Position numbers and translations under genes: made by a program. From Eledone cirrhosa (taxonomy: Eukaryota): 64,000 nt of DNA. Shown in pieces: positions 49,102-64,000 of the stretch; the stretch's first letter is position 1, and each line of letters starts with the position of its first letter. The notes beneath the pieces are model-generated. The model was given only the letters and a program-made list of their open reading frames with translations. It had not been told where the DNA came from and searched no databases. Location of the stretch: assembly GCA_964016885.1 (NCBI GenBank), contig OZ024741.1, positions 351,230,001 through 351,294,000 of the forward strand, written 5' to 3'.

Positions 49102-50639
49102 CTGTGAGTAATGAAAGAAAGCAGATATAACAGTTACACACAGAATACAATCATTATCAATGTTATTTATTTGTAATAGTATCAGTGGTAAAGGTGGCGA
49201 ATTGGCAGAGTCGTTAGAACATCGGCTAGAATGCTATGTGATATTTGTTCTGGCTCTACCACCATAGCTAACTTTGCCTTTCATCCTTTCGAGGTCAATA
49301 GAAAAGTATCAGTCAAGTACTGAGGTCGATTCTTCCTCTATATCTTTCTCACTCTCCCCTCTGAAAGAAATAGGCCATGTTTAGACATGGAGAGGGGATG
49401 GGCTCCGTCAAGTTAAAAAAGTGCCCCCAAAATGCTGTATGACAATATGACGCCCCTACAATATCACCAGGAGTTAGGGGTTCATGCATGCACTTTCATT
49501 TGGAGTTGATGAATTTTGAAAAGAAAAATTTAACATAAAACGACGTAATTTTCAACCTCTGAGAAGCAGGGTAAATTTTCCAGGTTTATTTTTGAAAAAA
49601 AATAAAAGCATCTGCCATCCTTGAAAATACAGTAAAACATTTATTCTTTTATTTGCTCCAGTCATTTGACTGCAGTCATGTTATCTAAACCAGTATATAT
49701 TTTATTGATTTCTTTTTGTCTAACTGCAAGGTTACATGACATAAATATAGACACAAATGTAAATACATATACAGAGAACTCTTCCCATCTATATGACAAG
49801 CTTCTGTAGTGGAATCAAGGTATATATATATACCACATTGTAAGCATTGTTGGTGTTAGGAAGGCCATCCAGCAACTGTAAAAATTTAGTCAAAACATGG
49901 TCCTGCAATGAGCAAGGTACAGCATAGCCAAGTGGCCAGACCTTCCTCAAGGCAAGACCACCCACTCCAAAATTACGGTTCTGCTAGGAGCGAGGTATGG
50001 TGTGGCCAATTGGCCAGATCCTCCTTATAATGGTACCACCAAGTTCCACACTGTAAACGTGATTGCTGTTAAGAAGTGCATCCAGCTGTAAAAAATCCAG
50101 TCAAAATAAAGTTCCGTTTGAGCAAGGTACGGCATAGTCAACTGGCCAAACTTGTCTCATAATATGGACGACCCATCTAACCCATGCAAGCATAGAAAAA
50201 TAAGACGTTACACAGTGATGATGATGATTTTCATTCTTTCTTCTAATGAAGAACTAGCGTCCCAAACATTAAGACCCTCTTCCTGCTATTTCAAGCGTTA
50301 ACCTAATATATCCCTTCCATATACTGTACCGATTGTGTTGTTATTTCTGTTTACCTTTTACATATATATATATGATAGGTTTCTGCAGTTCTTCACTACC
50401 AAATTCCACTCATAAGGTATTGATCAATATAATAAATGTCACTTTCCCAAGATACCATGCAATGGGACTGAACCCAGAACCCCATGGCAGTGAAATGAAC
50501 TCCTTAATCACACAGTCAATCCTGTGTCTATGGATGGTCAAGCCTGGAACAACTTTTATTGTTGGTCTGTTTAATCAGGGGGACCTGGGGATAAATAACA
50601 ACAACAATAACAATCTATAAAAACAAAATTTGGACAAAC

Positions 50640-50883
50640 CTGATACTTTTCCACTGGTCAAAACCAGCAATATTTTTGGTTCCATTTAGATTGCCACCAG
50701 CCAGTCGCACAAATGTTGGGAACCAGTCTGTTATGTGCATTAGTTGTTTTGAAATGATACCACTACGCTTTAATAGTTTGCTGTACACAAATCCTACACC
50801 TCGTATACCTCCTTCCCAGAACCGACCCTTTCCACCGCGGAGGGGCCAGTTTGATGATCCCTTAATTATGCTACCACCATTAT
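50640..50883 (-). CDS. ARSB: arylsulfatase B-like coding exon
   Basis: aacag|...|gtttgt, 244 nt. DNGG...SNWPLRGGKGRFWEGGIRGVGFV...LMHITDWFPT. Confidence 0.94.
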
Positions 50884-52180
50884 CTGTTGGAGAGAAAAGA
50901 AAAATAAGCTCACCATAAAGCATATAAATTAATTCTGTTTACTGCATGGTGTATTGTTTGCTTAAACTTTATCACTTACTGCCAAATATGAAGGTATGCG
51001 GTTTAATGGTTAGGGTGCTGGGCTCACAATTTTAAGGTTGTGAGTTTGTTTCCTGAATTATGCAGTGCATTGTGTCCTTGAGCAAAACATTTTATTTCAT
51101 GTTGCTCCATGTAAAAAATTAGTTATGATGATACTGGCACCAATCTCTATTGCCTTTCCCTTGGACACTATTGGTGTGGCGAGTGGAGAATTGCATGCAC
51201 GGACAACTGTTGGTCTTCTACAAAACACCCTGCCCAGTCAATCATGGGGAAAAAACCTATGGCCAGTCATAACCAAAGGAGGTCCTTTTTGTTTATTGCC
51301 AGATTTTAAAACTATTTAGTGGAGGTAAGGGCAGTGCCTATGCTTCTTTTCAGGACTATCAGGGTTTAGCCTAAATGCTTGTAACAAAGTGGACTATGCT
51401 AAAGGCACCCAAGGGCCTGGTGGGGGGTGTTGAACCAGGAAATGGATTAAGTCTACCATTAAAAAACAGAAACTGTTCCTTTGATGGGCTTCCATATAGT
51501 TTCTATGTTCCAAATTTCACTCCCATGATTCAAGGCATTGGTGAGCTAAACAACAACAACTAGCTTAAGTAGTCCATTGATCTATATGCCAGAAACAACT
51601 GCCAAGTCTATCACAAATTTTACCTTACTACTTTAACAAAAGGAAGACAAATTGGATAATGTGAATAAAATGGAATGCATTTCTAATGACTTTTCCAGTC
51701 GTTTGCTCATGAAATTAAAGTACAAGTTACTGAGCATTCCACTCATATGTGTACCCATAACGTTATTTGGAGATTCAGTACAACTCACCAAGTGACAGAC
51801 TGGCCCTTTGAATTAAAACTACAATTCCTCTGATAGGTTTCCAACCGGTTTCTGTCTACCCAATTTCACTCCTTAGACTTGTGTTGACCCTAGGCTATGA
51901 CAAAGGTACTTGTCCAAGATGCCATACAGTAAGATCGAACCTGAGACCTCATAATTATGAAGTAAATTTCTTAACACTCAGGTATGCTTGCGTCCATACA
52001 TGTTAAGATACACAATGTCTGGAATGATCATAACTGAAATGCCTTTGATCAAAAGTTTATCCTCTCATGGTTGACCTGGGCCTAAACAACAACAGCAACA
52101 AATACAACCAATTTAAAACAGTGAAATTTTAAAAAAATGCAAAAAAGATTAAAAAAATACATTAATAAAAAATTTATAAC

Positions 52181-52276
52181 CTGTTGAAAATACAAACACA
52201 GTATTTTTCCACATGCTTTTCTTCTTGAGAAGTGTGATGAGATATCCGATACTTTCATCAATGCATGAGACCATTC
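52181..52276 (-). CDS. ARSB: arylsulfatase B-like coding exon
   Basis: catag|...|gttata, phase 1-1. GMVSCIDESIG...MWKNTVFVFST. Confidence 0.9.
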
Positions 52277-53286
52277 CTATGGAGGAAAGAGAATTCTGGT
52301 TTATTATTTCTGTATACACAATGGTTATTGCATGGAGACAATTTTAACCCTTTTATTAGTAACCCTTTCTCATGAGACAGAGTGTTCTGGGTGCATTTTA
52401 TCATGGTACCAGCACAAGAGAGGTTGTCATATGCTCTATCCTATACTGTTTATGATTTTCAAGTAATTTTGAAAATAATCAAGAAATTGGCGTCTGGAAC
52501 ATAACTTAACAAAAGTTCTTATATTAAATTATGATGGAATGTTTTTAGATAAATATATATAAACACTCTAAATCAAACAGTAATGTACAAGACTTGGGGT
52601 AACCAAGGCTATGGTAAATAATTGTTTCTACTTTAGGCACAAGGTCAGCAATCTGAAGGGGAGGGGAAAGTCGATTAAATCAACCCCAGTGCATTAATGG
52701 TGCTTTATTTTATCAACCCCATAAGAATGAAAGGCAAAGCTAATCTCAGTGAGATTTGAACTCAGAAGGTAAAGGGCCATAACTCTATGCTGCAAAGCAT
52801 GTTGTCTGACACTACCAATACTGCCAATCCTCTGCCTTATGGTAAATAATACTTGCCTGAGATACCACATAATGGAACTGAACCACAAACCTTATGATTG
52901 TGAAACACATTCCCTAATTACAATTACAATGCATGGTACTAAGAATGTAAATTAGACTAACAAATTTACTTAAGCCCCTAGTAACAGTGGCTTTATAAGC
53001 AGTGTCTCTGTGAACAGTTACTGAGAGTAGCTATAAAATGTTAACACAAAATTGAAACAAAACTGGCTGATCCCTCTCTTTCTGTTCACAAAGATATTGT
53101 ATATAAAGACCAGATATTTAGATCTGTCTAATACATACACTGTTGGTTTAAACATTTATAGATATAAACTAAGTACCAGACTTGAAGTAAATAAGTACTG
53201 GGGATGATATGATTGAATAAAATCTCTTGATGGTGGTGCCACAATATGGATCCTATTAACTGGTGGAATCAATTAAACTAACTGAC

Positions 53287-53404
53287 CTGCTAATCTCCTC
53301 CTTTCTCCTGAAGGGATCCATGTATCTTTGTAGAGTTCTTTGTACTTCAACGGTGCCTTTAAAGGCGTATGTACTGCTTGTAAGGACAGAAGTAGGAACA
53401 TTGG
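53287..53404 (-). CDS. ARSB: arylsulfatase B-like coding exon
   Basis: ttttag|...|gtcagt, phase 0-1. PMFLLLSLQAVHTPLKAP...ERRRLA. Confidence 0.9.
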
Positions 53405-54571
53405 CTAAAATGAAATCAAACACACGTTTAGAAGTTTTCTATGTGAAGACATATGGATTAGTGGTTAGGGTGTTTAGTTAATGTTCATAAGATCATGAGT
53501 TCAATTCCTGAGGCATGTTGTGTTCTTCAGCAAGACATTTTATTTGAAGTTGCTCAAGTTCACTCACCTGGAAAAAATGAGTTGTACCTTTAATTCAAAA
53601 GGCTAGCCTTGTCACATATTGTGTCATGCTGAATCTCCCTGAGAATTATTTTAAGAGTACAAATGTTTGTGGAATGCTTAATTCCATTGATTGAGCAACT
53701 GGAGCACACATCGTCAGAACCATTGGTTGTCCAACACATACATTAACATATATGTGGATCTGTGCATGTGTGTTTGTGCGTGTGTGCATGTGTTGATTAA
53801 TATTAAGACAAATGTGTGGTGGATTGACAGAATTATAAGAGCATTGGATTGGCCAAAATACTTTGTGGAGTATAGTTAGAGCTCTTTAATTCTGAGTTCT
53901 AATCTTGCTGAAGTCAGCTTTGCCTTTCATCCTTTTATGGACAATAAAATATAGTACCTGTCAAGTACTGGGGTTGATATAATTGACTGATCCTTACCCC
54001 ATATTTCTGGCCCTTGTTATTATGGTTGAAACAGTAGAGTGCCCTACAAGTTAAATATCTAAATTCACAGCTAAAATTTTCTTGTGTAACCTTTACCTCT
54101 CATTTTTATGTGATTGATAAAACAAGTACTAGTCAAGTACTGAGGTAAAGTTAATACTTCTGCCTATCTTAGAAATTGTTACTATTATGACAATGTTGTG
54201 TGTGTACACATTTCAGTCATGATATTACTTAGCCATGGGTCAGCTCAGATCTAGCAGATCTATGATGAATAGCATTCCAGCTGTGACCATCCCATCTTTT
54301 TGTATACCTAGGACACACTATGGTGTGGTGTAGTTTGAGGGAGATTGGCTGTTATTTCTACCCTGTAGTAGTAGTAGTAGTAGTAGTAGTAATGTGGTAT
54401 TATTGAGGGAGAATTGGCTGTCATTTTCCTTCATCTCTCCTGTTAAACTTTGAGAGAGTTAAAAAAATATACAAAAAACAGTTTTTATTTTTTGCAGAAA
54501 AAATAAGAAGAATAAAAATACTGCAAGTGAGAGGTACCAACTACTTCAACCGACCAGAAAATAGCAATTAC

Positions 54572-54750
54572 CTTTTTAGTGCTATGTTTTCTTATGAGTT
54601 TAGCTGCTTTCTTTGTGAAGAGGTGAGTGGAATATATGCGTTTCTGCTTATAACTGAAATCAGGTGTTGTATTGTTCCAAAGATCATATCCACAGTAACC
54701 CAAGAAACAGCGCCGATGGGTATAATGGTTACCACTGCCAGTGAGGAGAC
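54572..54750 (-). CDS. ARSB: arylsulfatase B-like coding exon
   Basis: taag|...|gtaatt, phase 1-0. GLLTGSGNHYTH...CGYDLW...YSTHLFTKKA. Confidence 0.9.
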
Positions 54751-54948
54751 CTTAAAATACATAAACATAGAATGAAACATTAAATAGATAAAAAACATAA
54801 ACAACCAATGAAAGGCTGAAAGGCAAAGTTGACCATGGTGGAATTTGAACACAGAGGGCAGAGAGCCAAGACAGATATTACGGCATCCAACACTCTAACG
54901 CTCAATATGCTGCCTAAAGAAATGTAAAGAAATTTACCAGTAATTTAC

Positions 54949-55135
54949 CATAGAAAGAATCAAATCCTCTGTTAGTTGGTAGATATTTCTGTGCATAATG
55001 ACCCAGATGCCATTTACCAATCAAATGTGTAGCATAACCATTCTCTTTGAGTTTTTCTGCCAACGTAGGACTATCTAATGGCAAACCTTTTGGTTCCATG
55101 GGTCTGATGTTGGTATGTTGCAATCCCATGTGTAT
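54949..55135 (-). CDS. ARSB: arylsulfatase B-like coding exon (first in window)
   Basis: cccag|...|gtaaat, 187 nt. IHMGLQH...[21 protein letters not shown]...RGFDSFY contains the sulfatase GYxTxxxGKWHLG signature. ARSB/ARSI/ARSJ family. Confidence 0.92.
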
Positions 55136-55993
55136 CTGGGAAAAAATTGAATAAAAAAATTAATGTTAACTCTTTTGATACCAAATCGCCTTACTCATGA
55201 ATAACAAACATACCCCTGCCGTTAATTATATATCATAAATCAAACAAATTAGAGTTATTTCTCTATTCCATATCATTGGGCATTTACATTTTAATAATTT
55301 TATATATTTAATGTTATCTTTGTAAGCTTGCACACTTCTCTATTCTTCTCATATTTTAAATGAATCATTTATGTCATGAAGCACGTAGCTTAATAATTAC
55401 TGTGTGCGGCTGACATCAGTTCAATACCCAGCGATGCATTGTATCTCAGAGCAAGACGCTTTATTTCATGTTGCATCAGTCTACACTGCGGAAAAAAATG
55501 ATTTGCATCTGTAATTAAAAAAGTCAGTCTTGCACTCTGAATTTCCCTGTGAACTACGTTAAGGGGACACATGTCGGAGAAATGCTCAGCTGCTTGCACG
55601 ACCATTTAACGAGCAGACAGTCCCATTCATCAAACTGTTGCACACGCCTGTATATATGTATGCTATATTATTGAAAGTGTAACAACCTATATGAACATGA
55701 CACAATAATTAAGAATAGGTCTGACAACAATATATATCATCATCATCATCATCACCATTTTACGTCCGTAGCATGAGTTAGACGGGTTGTCCTGTTGTGG
55801 GCAATGCCAGGTCAGGTGACCATGTCTTGCTCATACGAGAACTGATTCTGGCTTGATTTCTACAGCTGGATGCCCTTCCTAACACCAACCTCATTTACAG
55901 TGAGTGCTGGGTGCTCTTTTGCCGTGCACCTCCACGACCACTTTGCAGTGGAATAAAGTCTCTTGCTCAAGGAAACAACACATCACCCGCCTT

Positions 55994-60794
<4,801 letters not shown>

Positions 60795-61572
60795 AACTTT
60801 GAATAACTTTGAAATGTTTTGGCCAGTATTGGCCCAGGCCATGTCTAACTTAATAGCACCACCTGGCGAAGTCTTTCAATTCAGGATTTGGGCACCATGG
60901 CCCATTCGAGAAGAGAATTACTGTTTGCGGAGACATATCCGGTGTGGGTGGTTTGTCCGGGATTACTTGGAGGAATTTGTCCAAAGACTTCTTGAATTTT
61001 GTGTGGTCAGTTTCTGTTTTGACGTGTCCTGGTGTGATGTTGAAGAGAGCAGGGCCGATTGAGGTGAAATAATTGTGCCGTATTGTTGTTATGAGTTGCG
61101 ATTTAGATTTTTGAATGGGACGGATAGCACGGGGCCCAAGCCTTGGGTGTATCTTGAAGGCGATGCCAACATCATTTGGGCAGTGATGATGGAACATTTT
61201 CCACATCATGCAGATAATATAACGCTCACGGCGACGTTGGAGTGAGTAAAGTTTCAGGTTTTCCAATCGACCCCAGTAGTCAAGGTCTGACATGCCATCT
61301 ATCTTTTTCGTGATTGCCCTTTGAGGAGCTTCAAGTTTCATGATACTTTGTTTCGTGTGGGGAGACCACAGTGGACAACAGTATTCAAGGTGTGGTCGGG
61401 CGAAAGTAGAGAAGAGAAGGATAATGGTGCGGGAATCTCTCGACTGGAAGGTTCTGAGGATCCAGGAACACATTCTGCGGGCCATGTCAACTTTGCTGCT
61501 TATATGCGTGGTCCAGCTTATGTTGCTGTCCACGGTTACTCCCAAGTCTCTGATGTTGTTAGATGCCACGAG
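60795..61572 (-). mobile_element. CR1-type LINE 3' fragment (RT C-terminus)
   Basis: [17 protein letters not shown]...[13 protein letters not shown]...KLE..QR.ITK.I...[10 protein letters not shown]. Confidence 0.85.
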
Positions 61573-63166
<1,594 letters not shown>

Positions 63167-63730
63167 GGTGGCTGCCAACTCGTTTTCGAGTACGGCCACT
63201 ACTTTATATCCATGTAGGAGAACCCCTACCGATGCGCTGAACGAATGTGACTTTTTAGTCCAGCCAGCGACTTGAAAACTCTGGTACAAAGACTACACTT
63301 GTGACCATTATTGACACATAGTGCAGGGCCCATGGTACCATGTGATGACAAGTGCAGAGAGATCTCCAGATATAAAGCAATGCCTGTGCTGTGAAGCTTT
63401 TATAGTGAGCAAAGTCACTGCACAAAGCCAGTCCCACTCTCTTAACCAAGATGATATTTACCAAAAAGAAGAACAAGTCAACATCATTGGATACCATCAG
63501 GGTTGCAGGTGTTATATCAGAGTTTTCCTTCTCCTAGAATTCTGCCTTGACAAAGGCTAAGGGGTCATCTCTCCCAGTGATTTTGGATGGCTATTGACTC
63601 TTAAGAGCTCCCTTGCCCTTTGACAGGTTTTGTTTTTAGTCCTGCAGGATGTCCAAAGTCACCCTCCTCACCAAGAAACCTTGGTGGGGTTGCCAGTTTA
63701 GTCGTAGCACCAACTGGTGACCTGACATAA
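63167..63730 (-). mobile_element. probable LINE 5'-UTR-like fragment inserted in the microsatellite
   Basis: Higher-GC island between (TA)n tracts. Minus-strand AGGAGAAGGAAAACTCTGA recalls RTE-clade 5' UTRs (recollection, unverified). Confidence 0.35.

Positions 63731-64000
<270 letters not shown>

Overview
AT-rich, repeat-dense animal genomic DNA. The RTE LINE, SINE and (TA)n landscape suggests a coleoid cephalopod such as Octopus (inference). Two convergent, intron-rich genes were reconstructed by hand with continuous reading frames. The first is FIGNL1 (fidgetin-like 1 AAA+ ATPase) on + with 18 coding exons from 667 to 47262; its start exon lies upstream of the window. The second is an arylsulfatase B-like gene on - with 7 coding exons from 55135 to 47909; exon 1 was not found in the window. 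The introns hold many RTE LINE fragments, Penelope-like fragments, a CR1-type fragment, a deleted Tc1/mariner element, Helitron-like elements, SINEs, minisatellites and about 6.7 kb of (TA/CA)n microsatellite. The most notable observations are: a cluster of type I hammerhead ribozyme motifs on both strands, partly inside a duplicated ~0.9 kb cassette; a ~770 bp tandem array built from the splice acceptor of the Walker A exon; fold-back and palindrome-derived repeats just downstream of that exon; and inverted LINE pairs bracketing the RAD51-binding exons. Most ORF-track entries are microsatellite or transposon artefacts.
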